From a bacterium (lineage in GTDB: Bacteria > Pseudomonadota > Alphaproteobacteria > Rhodobacterales > Rhodobacteraceae): a stretch of DNA of 64,000 bases. The notes beneath the pieces were generated by a model. The model was given only the letters and a program-made list of their open reading frames with translations, was not told the DNA's origin and searched no databases. Below are positions 19,586-31,428 of the stretch, piece by piece (the first letter of the stretch is position 1; every line of letters begins with the position of its first letter). The position numbers and the translations under genes were made by a program. The stretch covers positions 40,682-104,681 of the forward strand of contig WGOE01000008.1 of NCBI GenBank assembly GCA_016124195.1. The letters run 5' to 3'.

Positions 19586-19934
19586 CCTGTGCTTTCAGGC
19601 TCCGGCACTGGGGGTTGTTTATTTCGCATCCCGAATTTATTCAACAAGATTTTAGGGCCAAACCCGGCGCCAGTACAACTGAAATGATGCCTGCACCACA
19701 GTTGCGGGCACAAATATAGACAGTTTGCACATCGAAACGCCGCGATCTTGCCGGGCCCTTGCCCGGCAGCAAGGCCGATGGCACCACCTTAAATCCGCTG
19801 ACGGGAATAATTATTCTGGCAGAAAGCCATGGAGATGAGCCCCGTCTTTGGCGGCAAGAGACGGGGTGTCGATGGTGCATGCCGGGCACGGTCGACCAGG
19901 CGCGCCGCCCCGAAGCCGCGGCCGGAATGGCGGT

Positions 19935-20789
19935 CTAGGCTTGGTCAGCGCCCCCGGGCGCATCGCCGCGCCGGGCGATCAGCGCTGCGATGCGCGCGGC
20001 GCAGTCGGGCGTGGCCGGGTTGAAGACCATCATGGCAAGATCCGGCCGCCCCTCGACCGCGAAGGTCGAAACCTCCAGTTCGATCAGGCCGATCTCGGGG
20101 TGGCGCAGCCGTTTGGTCCCCTCGGCGTGGCCGACCACCTCATTGTCGCGCCAGAGCGCCGCGAACTCGGGGCTCGTGCGCGACAGATCCTCGACCAGTT
20201 GCGCGATTTCGGCCGAGGCGCCGGCGCGCGTGGCATCGGCCCGAAAGGCGCCGACGGCAAAGCGGGCGACGTTTTGCCAATCCTCATTGGCGCGGCGCAC
20301 GCCGGGATGCGAAAACATCAGGCGCAGGATATTGCGTTGCCGGGGCGGCAGCGCGCCATAGTCGGTCAAGAGGACCGCGGCCGCCCGGTTCCACGCCACC
20401 ACATCCCATGTCGCCGTCTTGATCAGCGCCGGGCTGTGCGGCATCGCGTCCAGCACATGCTGCAGGCGCGGCGTGGTGCCGTCTTGCGGTGCATAGCGCG
20501 CCTCGGGGCGATGCCCGAAGGCCAGCAGGAACAGATGCTCCCGTTCAGGTTCGGTCAGCATCAGGCCCGAGGCGATGCGGTTCAGGACATCGGCCGAGGG
20601 CGCACCGCCCCGGCCCTGCTCCAGCCAGGTGTACCAGGTGGGGCTGATGTTGGCACGCTGCGCCACCTCTTCCCGGCGCAGGCCCGGCGTGCGCCGCCGC
20701 CCTGCCTTGAAGCCGAACGTCGCAGGGTCCAGCCGGATGCGCCGATCGCGCAGAAAGCTGCCCAAAGTGCTGGCGGGTTCGCTGGCCAT
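19935..20789 (-). CDS. MmyB-like XRE-family transcriptional regulator
   Basis: LGSFLRDRRIRL...TPGLRREEVAQRANISPTWYTWLEQGRG is the characteristic MmyB-type HTH, followed by a PAS-like ligand domain. Divergent from an NAD-dependent reductase, the usual pairing. Confidence 0.85.
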   Translation of the reverse strand: MASEPASTLGSFLRDRRIRLDPATFGFKAGRRRTPGLRREEVAQRANISPTWYTWLEQGRGGAPSADVLNRIASGLMLTEPEREHLFLLAFGHRPEARYAPQDGTTPRLQHVLDAMPHSPALIKTATWDVVAWNRAAAVLLTDYGALPPRQRNILRLMFSHPGVRRANEDWQNVARFAVGAFRADATRAGASAEIAQLVEDLSRTSPEFAALWRDNEVVGHAEGTKRLRHPEIGLIELEVSTFAVEGRPDLAMMVFNPATPDCAARIAALIARRGDAPGGADQA

Positions 20790-20898
20790 GGGGATCCTGT
20801 TAGCTTTTATACCATGATAAAGTCACTACTTTACCGGAAAGAACTTTAGCTTCAGATGGCCCCGCAGACAATATCGCAGACACTATGGAGGTGCTTTC

Positions 20899-21801
20899 AT
20901 GCTGGTCTTTCTGACGGGTGCGACGGGGTTCATCGGGTCCCGCATCGTGCCGGAATTGCTGGCCGCAGGTCATCAGGTGCTGGGCATGGCCCGGTCTGAC
21001 AGGGGGGCCGCGGCACTCGCCGCCGCCGGGGTGCGCGTTCACCGCGGCACGCTGGAGGATCCTCAGTCCCTGCGCGCCGGGGCCGAACAGGCCGATGCGG
21101 TGATCCACACCGCTTTTGACCACGATTTCACCAATTTCGCAGCGAATTGCGCCAAGGACAGCCGGGCCATCGCGGCGCTTGGTTCGGCGCTGCGCGGCTC
21201 GGACCGGCCGCTGATCATCACCTCGGGCACCGGAATGGGCGATCCCGAAAATGGCCAGCCCGCCATCGAGGCGGTCTTCAACCTCAACCATCCCAACCCG
21301 CGCTCGGCCTCGGAAGTGGCCGGTCAGGCGTTGCTGGAGGCCGGGGTGAACCTGCGGGTGATGCGCTTGCCACAGGTGCATGACCGGGTGCGGCAGGGCC
21401 TGATTTCGCCCTATGTCGAGATTTCGCGCGAAAAGGGGGTGGCGGCCTATATCGGCGAAGGGCTGAACCGCTATCCGGCGGCGCATGTGGCTGATGTGGC
21501 GCGGCTGTACCGGCTAGTCCTGGACCACGGCCAGAAGGGCGCGCGCTATCATGCCGTGGCCGAAGAGGGCCTGACGGTGCGCGCCATCGCCGAAGTGGTG
21601 GGGGCGGGTCTGGGCGTGCCGGTCGCCTCGGTATCCGCCGAGGCCGCGCCGGCGCATTTCGGCTGGTTCGCCATGTTTGCCGGGCTTGACCTGCCCGCCT
21701 CGGGCGCCTGGACGCAGGCGAGCCTTGGCTGGCATCCGGCGGGGCCCGGCCTGATCGAGGATCTGGGCCAGATGGACTATTCCCGGCCCGCGGCGTCCTG
21801 A
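20899..21801 (+). CDS. NAD-dependent epimerase/dehydratase (atypical SDR, NmrA-like)
   Basis: MLVFLTGATGFIGSRIVPELLAAGHQV Rossmann motif. 300 aa. Confidence 0.85.
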   Translation: MLVFLTGATGFIGSRIVPELLAAGHQVLGMARSDRGAAALAAAGVRVHRGTLEDPQSLRAGAEQADAVIHTAFDHDFTNFAANCAKDSRAIAALGSALRGSDRPLIITSGTGMGDPENGQPAIEAVFNLNHPNPRSASEVAGQALLEAGVNLRVMRLPQVHDRVRQGLISPYVEISREKGVAAYIGEGLNRYPAAHVADVARLYRLVLDHGQKGARYHAVAEEGLTVRAIAEVVGAGLGVPVASVSAEAAPAHFGWFAMFAGLDLPASGAWTQASLGWHPAGPGLIEDLGQMDYSRPAAS

Positions 21802-21824
21802 ACCACGGCAAAGGCCCATGCCTT

Positions 21825-21870
21825 CCGGCAGGCGCGACGGGGTTGCAATCCTGCAAAACCTGCCGGTTTT
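21825..21870 (+). terminator. intrinsic terminator after the SDR gene
   Basis: CCGGCAGG (21825-32) pairs with CCTGCCGG (21859-66), with an inner TTGCA/TGCAA helix, followed directly by TTTT (21867-70). Confidence 0.5.
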
Positions 21871-21971
21871 CGCAAGGACGACCCGTCACGCCTGTTGCGA
21901 TTCCGCCGGCCCGGGCCGCATGATCACTGGATTAGCCAGCGACATGGCGGCCCGGCCAGGAAAGTCACCCG

Positions 21972-24701
21972 ATGGAAAGCGCACTGGAAGGCAGTCTGGC
22001 GGGCTATATCTGGCGCCACACCCGGCGTCAGCAGATCTGGGTGCTCTGCATCGTCCTTCTGTCGATGGTCCCCTATTTCCTGGCGCTTGACCTGCCCAAG
22101 CGGATCGTCAACGGCCCGCTGCAGGGCCACGGCTTTGACACGCCAGAGGCGACGCAGACCTTCCTGCACCTGAGCCTGTCGCTGCCCTTCCTGGGCACGG
22201 TCGAGGTGTTTCCCGGCATCAGCCTTGGCCGCACGCCCATGCTGTTCGCGCTGAGCTTCGTGTTCCTTGCGCTCGTCGTGATCAACGGGCTCTTCAAGTA
22301 TTACATCAACACCTACAAGGGCCGGCTGGGCGAACGCCTGCTGCGGCGCATCCGTTTCGACCTCGTGGACCGGGTGCTGCGCTTTCCCCCTGCGACCTTC
22401 AAACGGATCAAGCCGGCCGAGATCGCCAGCATGGTCAAGGACGAGGTCGAACCGCTGGGCGGCTTCACCGGCGACAGCTTTGTCTCGCCGCTGCTGCTGG
22501 GCGGGCAGGCGCTGACCGCCCTTGGCTTCATCTTTCTGCAAAGCGTGCTGATCGGCAGCATCACGGCGGCTCTGGTGCTGGTGCAGGCCACGCTGATCCC
22601 GCGGCTGCGCAAGAGGCTGTTGATCCTGGGCCGTCAACGGCAGTTGACCGCGCGCGAATTTGCCGGGCGCGTCGGCGAAATCGTCGAAGGGGTGGGCACG
22701 ATCCACGCCTATGACACATCGAACCTGGAACGCGCCGACATCGGACGGCGGCTCGGGATCATCTTCCGCATCCGATACGAGCTTTACCAGTGGAAATTCA
22801 TGGTGAAGTTCATCAACAGCTTTCTGGCGCAGGTGACGCCTTTTCTGTTCTACAGCCTCGGCGGCTATCTGACGCTGCGCGGGCAACTGGATCTTGGCCA
22901 GTTGGTCGCGGTGATCGGCGCCTACAAGGATCTGCCGGGCCCGATGAAGGATCTGATCGACTGGGATCAGGCCCGTCAGGATGTCGAAGTCAAATTTGCG
23001 CAAGTCGTGGGCGCCTTCACGGTCAACCCGATGATCCGGCCCGAAGTGCAAGCCGTCTCGACCGCAGCGCATCCGGCCCGGTTGCCGCCCCTGGCCATGA
23101 CGAACCTGACGCTGGCCGACGACAGCGGATCGGTGCTGCTGCATCCGGTCAACCTTCGGCTCAACCCGGCCGAAAGCGTGGCGCTGGTGGGCAAGACGGC
23201 GGGCGGGGGCGAGGCTTTCGCCGAGGCTCTGGGCCGCCAGATCTGGCCATCCGCGGGCCGCATTTCGGTGGGCGAGGACAACCTTCTGGACCTGCCCGAG
23301 GCCATATCGGGCCGGGCCATCACCTATGTGGCGCCAGAACCCTTCTTTCTGTTCGGCACCATCGGGGACAACCTGCTTTACGGGCTCAAACACGCGCCGA
23401 TCGGGGCCAACAGGTCCGCCCCCGCCGATCAGGTCACCCGCCATTGGGAGCGGATCGAGGCCGAACGCGCCGGCACCCCCGATCTGGACCTGGACTGCGA
23501 CTGGACCGACTATGCCTCGGCCGGGGTCGCAGGCCCGCAAGACCTGATGGCCCGGGTGATCGAGGTGATCGAGACGGCCGAACTGACCGAAGACCTGCTG
23601 ACCATCGCGCTGCGCAACCGTTACGATCTGTCCGCTGAGGGCGATCTGACCCGGCGCGTCGTGCAGATGCGCGGGACGCTGGTTGCGACGCTGGAACAGG
23701 CCGGGCTCAGCGGGCTGATCATCCCCTTCGACCCCGAGGCCTATAACGAGGCGGCGACGGTGGGTGAAAACCTGCTGTTCGGACACGCCGTCGACGACAG
23801 GCCTCCAGGCGGCACAGTGCGCGACACCGCCTATTTCCGCGCGCTGATCGCGGAGACCGGCCTGCAAACCGCGCTTTTCGACATGGGACGCGAGATTGCC
23901 GCCAACACCGTCGACCTTTTCGGCGACCTGCCGCCGGATCACCCTTTCTTTCAACGGCTGACCTTCATGGCCGCCGAGGACATTCCGCGCTACGACCGCA
24001 TCCTGCAGCGGCTGCAGGGGCGTAGCGCGGATCAGGCGACCGACGAAGACCGCTCGGACCTGATCGCTCTCAGCTTTCACTATGTCGAGCCGCTGCACCG
24101 CTTCGGCCTGCTGACAGAGCCCCTGAGGACGCGGATCACAGCCTTCCGCCGCCGCTTTCGCGAAGGCCTGCCGGCCGAGATTGCCGCCGAGATCGAATTC
24201 TACGACCCGGCCCGTTACATGACCACGGCGAACCTGCAGGCCAACCTGCTGTTCGGCCGCATCGACCCGCGCGAGGCCACCTCGCACGAACGGATCTACG
24301 AGGTCTTGCGCGATCTCTTGCACCGCGAAGGGCTGCATGACCGCATCCTTGCGATCGGGCTGGGCTATCACATCGGCACGGGTGGCAAGCGGCTGACCAC
24401 GGTGCAGCGCCAGAAGCTGGGACTGGCGCGCGCCCTGATGCGCCGTTCGTCCTATTTCGTGTTCAACCGCCCGCTTTCAGCACTTGATCAGCGGCACGAG
24501 GCGCAAATCGTGCAGAGAGTCATGGACCGGCTGCAGCGCGAGACCCCGCGGCCCGGGATCCTCTGGGTCCTGTCCAATGCCGCGCAGGCCGGCCTTTTTG
24601 ACCGCGTGATCCTGTTCGAACGCGGCACCCCGGTCGAGGACGGCCCGCCGGCCACGGTCGCCGACAAGAGCCCCCTGTTCAAGGAATTGATGTCGGCCTG
24701 A
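21972..24701 (+). CDS. ABC-exporter-like protein with degenerate, expanded nucleotide-binding domain
   Basis: 909 aa. The N-terminal ~330 aa look like a type-I exporter TMD. The NBD-like part has Walker A replaced by VGKTAGGGEAF, the signature by GGKRLTTVQRQKLGLARAL, and Walker B by YFVFNRPLSALD. See findings. Confidence 0.8.
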   Translation: MESALEGSLAGYIWRHTRRQQIWVLCIVLLSMVPYFLALDLPKRIVNGPLQGHGFDTPEATQTFLHLSLSLPFLGTVEVFPGISLGRTPMLFALSFVFLALVVINGLFKYYINTYKGRLGERLLRRIRFDLVDRVLRFPPATFKRIKPAEIASMVKDEVEPLGGFTGDSFVSPLLLGGQALTALGFIFLQSVLIGSITAALVLVQATLIPRLRKRLLILGRQRQLTAREFAGRVGEIVEGVGTIHAYDTSNLERADIGRRLGIIFRIRYELYQWKFMVKFINSFLAQVTPFLFYSLGGYLTLRGQLDLGQLVAVIGAYKDLPGPMKDLIDWDQARQDVEVKFAQVVGAFTVNPMIRPEVQAVSTAAHPARLPPLAMTNLTLADDSGSVLLHPVNLRLNPAESVALVGKTAGGGEAFAEALGRQIWPSAGRISVGEDNLLDLPEAISGRAITYVAPEPFFLFGTIGDNLLYGLKHAPIGANRSAPADQVTRHWERIEAERAGTPDLDLDCDWTDYASAGVAGPQDLMARVIEVIETAELTEDLLTIALRNRYDLSAEGDLTRRVVQMRGTLVATLEQAGLSGLIIPFDPEAYNEAATVGENLLFGHAVDDRPPGGTVRDTAYFRALIAETGLQTALFDMGREIAANTVDLFGDLPPDHPFFQRLTFMAAEDIPRYDRILQRLQGRSADQATDEDRSDLIALSFHYVEPLHRFGLLTEPLRTRITAFRRRFREGLPAEIAAEIEFYDPARYMTTANLQANLLFGRIDPREATSHERIYEVLRDLLHREGLHDRILAIGLGYHIGTGGKRLTTVQRQKLGLARALMRRSSYFVFNRPLSALDQRHEAQIVQRVMDRLQRETPRPGILWVLSNAAQAGLFDRVILFERGTPVEDGPPATVADKSPLFKELMSA

Positions 24702-24731
24702 GCCGGCCATGGAAAGCGACGGAGACGCGCA

Positions 24732-25196
24732 ATGCTGCTGAACGAAGAGGTCCAGATCCTGCGGCAGGTTCCGCTTCTGGCGGGGGCAAGCCCGGCGCAT
24801 CTGAAACTGCTGGCCTTCACCTCGGACCGGCTGCGCTATGAGGCGGGCGCCACCCTGTTCCGTCAGGGCGAGGCCGGCGATGTCGCCTATATCATCCTGT
24901 CGGGCACGGCGGATGTGCTCGTAACCAGCCCGCGGGGCGAGATCCGCGTGGCCCAGGTCAGCGCGCCCTCGCTGGTCGGCGAAATCTCGATCCTGTGCGA
25001 TGTCGCGCGCACGGCCACGGTGCGGGCCGCCACCCCGATCGAGGTGTTGCGGGTGCGCAAGGAAGAGTTCCTCAAGCTGATGCAGGATTTCCCGGACGTG
25101 GCGCTGCAGGTGGTCCGGGTCCTGGCTGGCAGGCTGGCCCGGACGACGGCAGAGTTGACAGAGGCCCGCGCCAGCCAGTTGCCGGCGCAGGATTAG
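24732..25196 (+). CDS. cyclic nucleotide-binding domain protein (stand-alone, no HTH)
   Basis: 154 aa. FRQGEAGDVAYIILSGTADV...GEISILCDVARTATVRA is the cNMP-binding beta-roll with phosphate-binding cassette. There is no C-terminal DNA-binding domain. Confidence 0.85.
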   Translation: MLLNEEVQILRQVPLLAGASPAHLKLLAFTSDRLRYEAGATLFRQGEAGDVAYIILSGTADVLVTSPRGEIRVAQVSAPSLVGEISILCDVARTATVRAATPIEVLRVRKEEFLKLMQDFPDVALQVVRVLAGRLARTTAELTEARASQLPAQD

Positions 25197-25205
25197 AGGC
25201 GCGCC

Positions 25206-26063
25206 TTAGCCCAGCAGCACCCAGTCCGCCTCTTGCAGGGCATATCCGGCGAACAGGAAATCGCGGATCGCGGTGATGCGTTGGGCCTGCCACGACAGGA
25301 TCACGAAATGCGCGGGCCGGTCGGCGGAACTGGTCCGGTCGAAGACCAGCATGGCCGGCCGCCCCTCGACCGCGCCAAAGGCAAAGCGCCACTTCGGTTC
25401 GGAGGCGTAGCGCGTGAAATAGACGCCGACCCGGTCGCGCCCTGCCAATTGCAGCCGGTTGACCAGATCCAGCCGGACCTCCTCGGCCAGAAGCGCGCGG
25501 ATCGCGTCGAAGTCGCCGGACTGGAACAGCCTGACATAGGTGGTCATCTGCTGGCGGGCCGCCTCGGTCAGCAGGGGCAGCCGGGCATCACCCGGCGCTT
25601 CGGCCAGACGCCGCAAGGCCAGCCGCCCGCGCTGCAACGCCGATTTGGCACTGGCCGGCGACAGATCCGCGATGCCGGCGATCTCTTCGATCGAATAGCC
25701 CAGAACATCCTTGAGGATCACGGCGCAGCGCTGCACTTCGGGCAGTTGCAGGAAGGTGCGAAAGCTGACCGAGACGATGTCGGGGTCGGGCACCGTATCG
25801 GCCTCGATCTGGTCGATCAGCGGCACGTCGCGCTGGCGGGCGCCCTGCCGCAGAAAATCGAGGCAGGTGTTATGCGCGATGCGAAACAGCCAGGCCTGCA
25901 GGTTTTCGACCTCGACCCCCGCGTCGCGGGCGCGCAGGGCCTTTATCAGGCTGTCTTGCAGCACATCCTCGCCGTCGATCGCAGAGCCGGTCATGCGCGC
26001 GCAATAGCGGTGCAGGCGCGGCCGCAGATCGGCAAGCCGCTGTTCGAAATCCTTCGGAGTCAT
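25206..26063 (-). CDS. ECF sigma factor with C-terminal NTF2/SnoaL-like extension (ECF41/SigJ-like)
   Basis: 285 aa. Sigma region 2 (DVLQDSLIKAL...WLFRIAHNTCLDFLRQ) and region 4 (VLGYSIEEIAGIADLSPASAKSALQRGR), plus a ~110-aa C-terminal extension. No adjacent anti-sigma gene. Confidence 0.85.
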   Translation of the reverse strand: MTPKDFEQRLADLRPRLHRYCARMTGSAIDGEDVLQDSLIKALRARDAGVEVENLQAWLFRIAHNTCLDFLRQGARQRDVPLIDQIEADTVPDPDIVSVSFRTFLQLPEVQRCAVILKDVLGYSIEEIAGIADLSPASAKSALQRGRLALRRLAEAPGDARLPLLTEAARQQMTTYVRLFQSGDFDAIRALLAEEVRLDLVNRLQLAGRDRVGVYFTRYASEPKWRFAFGAVEGRPAMLVFDRTSSADRPAHFVILSWQAQRITAIRDFLFAGYALQEADWVLLG

Positions 26064-26117
26064 CGCTGGCGCCTTTTCTGCCGCATGGACGGGTCAAAAC
26101 GCAGATCGGGTCGCGGT

Positions 26118-26438
26118 TCAGCCACCTTGGCCAGCCCTCGCGTCACGGCGATGCACCTCGGCCCCGGTCACGGAGGCGAAGCTTGCCAGCGCAAGCAGCT
26201 TGGGGAAATAGGCCTTCATGCGCGGGTCCTCCCGCATCTGCCCGACCGCCTCGGCGCTTTGCCATTCCGACAGGATGATGATGCTGGCCTCGCCGGCGAC
26301 GATCAGCCGGGTCGAAATCCAGCCCGGCAGGGTGCTGATCACCGTGTCGATATTGGTTTTCAAAAGTGCGATCAGCGCCGATTGGTTCGCGGGCGCGACG
26401 CTCAGCGTGTTGATCAGAAGAACGGAAGTTTCGGTCAT
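26118..26438 (-). CDS. antibiotic-biosynthesis-monooxygenase (ABM/Dabb) domain protein
   Basis: 106 aa from ATG 26438 (GAAGGAA upstream). The pattern LINTLSV...IILSEWQSAEAVGQMREDP fits the ferredoxin-like ABM fold. Sits upstream of the sigma gene on the same strand. Confidence 0.65.
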   Translation of the reverse strand: MTETSVLLINTLSVAPANQSALIALLKTNIDTVISTLPGWISTRLIVAGEASIIILSEWQSAEAVGQMREDPRMKAYFPKLLALASFASVTGAEVHRRDARAGQGG

Positions 26439-26607
26439 CGGCCTGTTCCTTCGGGTTGCGACCTTTCTATGACGAAAGGGCGCGGCCAAACGGATCGGGG
26501 CGGCGGAAAAACTGTCGGGCCGGCACAGTATCCGCTTGCCGACCGGGCACATGCCGTTAAGTCATGCGCGGAGCCGGCCCTGTCGGCCGTGGCAAAGGAG
26601 ACGGCGC

Positions 26608-27348
26608 GTGCTGATGATCCTGATCTTTCTGGCCGGCCTCTGGGCCGGTCTGCAGAACGCGCTGGCGGGCGGCGGGTCCTTCATCACCCTGCCCGCGCTG
26701 ATCCTGGGCGGGCTGTCGCCGCTGGCGGCCAACATCACCTCGACCGTGGCGCTTTTTCCGGGCCAGGTGACTTCCGGTCTGGCCGGGCGGCGGCTGGTCA
26801 GCGGGGTCGGCACCCTGCCGTTCAAGGCGCTGTTTGTCATCAGCATCCTGGGTGGCAGCCTCGGCGGGCTCTTGCTGCTGGAAACCCCTTCGTCGATCTT
26901 TGCGCGGCTGGTGCCGTGGCTCGTGCTCTTTGCCACGACGGTCTTTGCCTGGGGCAGCTTCGGCCCCAAGCCAGAGCCGGGGACCACAAGGCTCAGCCCC
27001 CGGGCGGCCGGCATCGCCCAGTTCGGCATCGCGATCTATGGCGGCTATTTCGGCGGCGGCATCGGGTTTCTGATGATGGCGGCCTTGACCATGGCCGGGC
27101 TGCCCACGCGCAACGCTGCCGCCACAAAGAACGTGCTGGCCGGGGTGATGAACGCCGCGGCCGTCGCGCTGTTCGTCCTGTCACCAATGGTGCATTGGCT
27201 CGAGGCGCTGGTTCTGGGCAGTGGCGCGATGATCGGCGGCCTTGGCGGCGCCTTTGCCCTGCAGCGGGTCAATGAACGCCTGCTGCGCGCCGCCATCGTC
27301 TGCATCGGCATCCTGCTGACCATCGGGCTTTTCACGCGCCCGATCTGA
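26608..27348 (+). CDS. TauE/SafE family sulfite/anion exporter
   Basis: Polytopic membrane protein with LAGGGSFITLPALI and a repeated half (GGYFGGGIGFLMM). AAGGAG lies 7 nt upstream of GTG 26608; an ATG at 26614 is an alternative start. Confidence 0.85.
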   Translation: MLMILIFLAGLWAGLQNALAGGGSFITLPALILGGLSPLAANITSTVALFPGQVTSGLAGRRLVSGVGTLPFKALFVISILGGSLGGLLLLETPSSIFARLVPWLVLFATTVFAWGSFGPKPEPGTTRLSPRAAGIAQFGIAIYGGYFGGGIGFLMMAALTMAGLPTRNAAATKNVLAGVMNAAAVALFVLSPMVHWLEALVLGSGAMIGGLGGAFALQRVNERLLRAAIVCIGILLTIGLFTRPI

Positions 27349-27462
27349 GGTTTCGTCGCGCAAGGGGCAGGCGCAGCCCCAGGTCGCGCCCAAGCCATGC
27401 TTTCCCCTTGACGCCCGCACCCCCCGTCATAACCTCTGCCGGCCACAGCCACAGGAGCCCCC

Positions 27463-28731
27463 ATGTCCGACGCCCTGGATCTTGCGATCAGCCGGCATGC
27501 CGAGGCGGCCTTTGCCTTTCTGGAGGCGCTGGTCCGTGCCCCGAGCACGGTCGGCCAGGAGCAATCCGCGATGGAGGTCTTTGCCGCGGAGGCAGAGGCT
27601 CTGGGCCTGACGCCGCAGCGCCTGCCCTTCGCCAATGCGCAGCCGGCTGACCCGCGCGCCGGCATCGCCCAGCCCGCACCGCTGCTGAGCGCCGACCGCT
27701 ATCAGGTTCTGGCCACCACACCGGGCACGGGCGATCTGGCGGTCCTGTTGAACGGTCATCTGGACGTGGTGCCCGCCGAAACGCCCGATCTGTGGACCCA
27801 TCCGCCGTTCGAACCTGTCCGGCGCAACGGGCGGCTTTACGGGCGCGGATCGGCCGACATGAAAAGCGGCTTTGCGGTGGGTGCGCTGGCCCTGCGCGCG
27901 CTGAGGGATGTGGCCCCTGACCTCTTCGCCCGGCGCCGCCTGGGCTTTCTGGCCGTGGTCGAAGAGGAATGCACCGGCAACGGCACCCTGCGCTCGCTGG
28001 CCGAACAGGGGGTCAGCGCCGCCGAGGTCGTTGTGCTCGAGCCGTCGGATCTGGGCCTCCTGGCCGGCGGGGTTGGCGTGCTCTGGGTCGATCTGCGCAT
28101 CCTGGCCCATGCCGGCCATGCCTATGCCGCCGATACCCATGCCAATGCCATCGATCTGGGCATGCGTCTGGTCGGCGCCCTGCGCCACTGGGCCGCCGAT
28201 CTGACCCGGACCGAGCCGGAACCCAGCATGGACAGCAACCAGAGCCCCTATAACGTCAACCTCGGCAAGGTGCAGTCGGGCGACTGGACCTCGACCGCGC
28301 CGGCAAGTGCAACCTTCGGGGTGCGGATCGGCTTTCCCCGCGCCTGGACCCTGCCAGAGGCCGAAGCGCGGCTGCGCCAGGTCATCGCCGATTTCGTCAA
28401 GGCCGATGGCGGATTTGCCACGGCCCCGGTCGTCACGCTGACCGGCCTGCGCGCCAAGGGTTATCTGCAGGACGCGGCCTCGCCCCTGATCCGCGACCTC
28501 AGCGCCGCCCATGCCGCCGCCCATGGCGCGCCGCCGCCAGTCTACACCGCTGGCAGCACGACGGATGCGCGGTTTTACGTGAACGATTTCGGGCTGGACG
28601 CCGTCTGCTATGGCGCCATCGGCCACGACCTGCACGGCATCGACGAATCCGTCGATCTGCAAAGCATCATCGACGCCGCGCGCACTCTGGCCCGTTTTCT
28701 GCTGCTGCGCTTTGACGCGCAGCCCCGATAA
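27463..28731 (+). CDS. M20 family metallo-hydrolase (ArgE/DapE-type deacylase)
   Basis: 422 aa with LLNGHLDVVPAE, GRGSADMKSG and EEECTGNG metal-ligand blocks. Confidence 0.85.
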   Translation: MSDALDLAISRHAEAAFAFLEALVRAPSTVGQEQSAMEVFAAEAEALGLTPQRLPFANAQPADPRAGIAQPAPLLSADRYQVLATTPGTGDLAVLLNGHLDVVPAETPDLWTHPPFEPVRRNGRLYGRGSADMKSGFAVGALALRALRDVAPDLFARRRLGFLAVVEEECTGNGTLRSLAEQGVSAAEVVVLEPSDLGLLAGGVGVLWVDLRILAHAGHAYAADTHANAIDLGMRLVGALRHWAADLTRTEPEPSMDSNQSPYNVNLGKVQSGDWTSTAPASATFGVRIGFPRAWTLPEAEARLRQVIADFVKADGGFATAPVVTLTGLRAKGYLQDAASPLIRDLSAAHAAAHGAPPPVYTAGSTTDARFYVNDFGLDAVCYGAIGHDLHGIDESVDLQSIIDAARTLARFLLLRFDAQPR

Positions 28732-28884
28732 CGCGGGCAAGGGCAGATCCCGCGCGCGCCCGGGCCCGATCAGCACAACCCATAGTGGAAGAGCACTATC
28801 CCGTTGCGGGAGGTCGGGCATAGCCTTAAGGGTGGAGCGCAAATCAGCCCCGCGGCACGACGGAACAAGCGTCAGGAGATCGCC

Positions 28885-31305
<2,421 letters not shown>

Positions 31306-31428
31306 CCGGCGATGAGCCTGTCTTGCCAGCAAGCGGAACCAGTCGCCCGGCCGGGCTCAGATTTCGCGTGATCGGTGACGGATCAAATGCTAACTTTCGC
31401 TGAGGGCGAGTGATCGGGGGTTGTTCGG

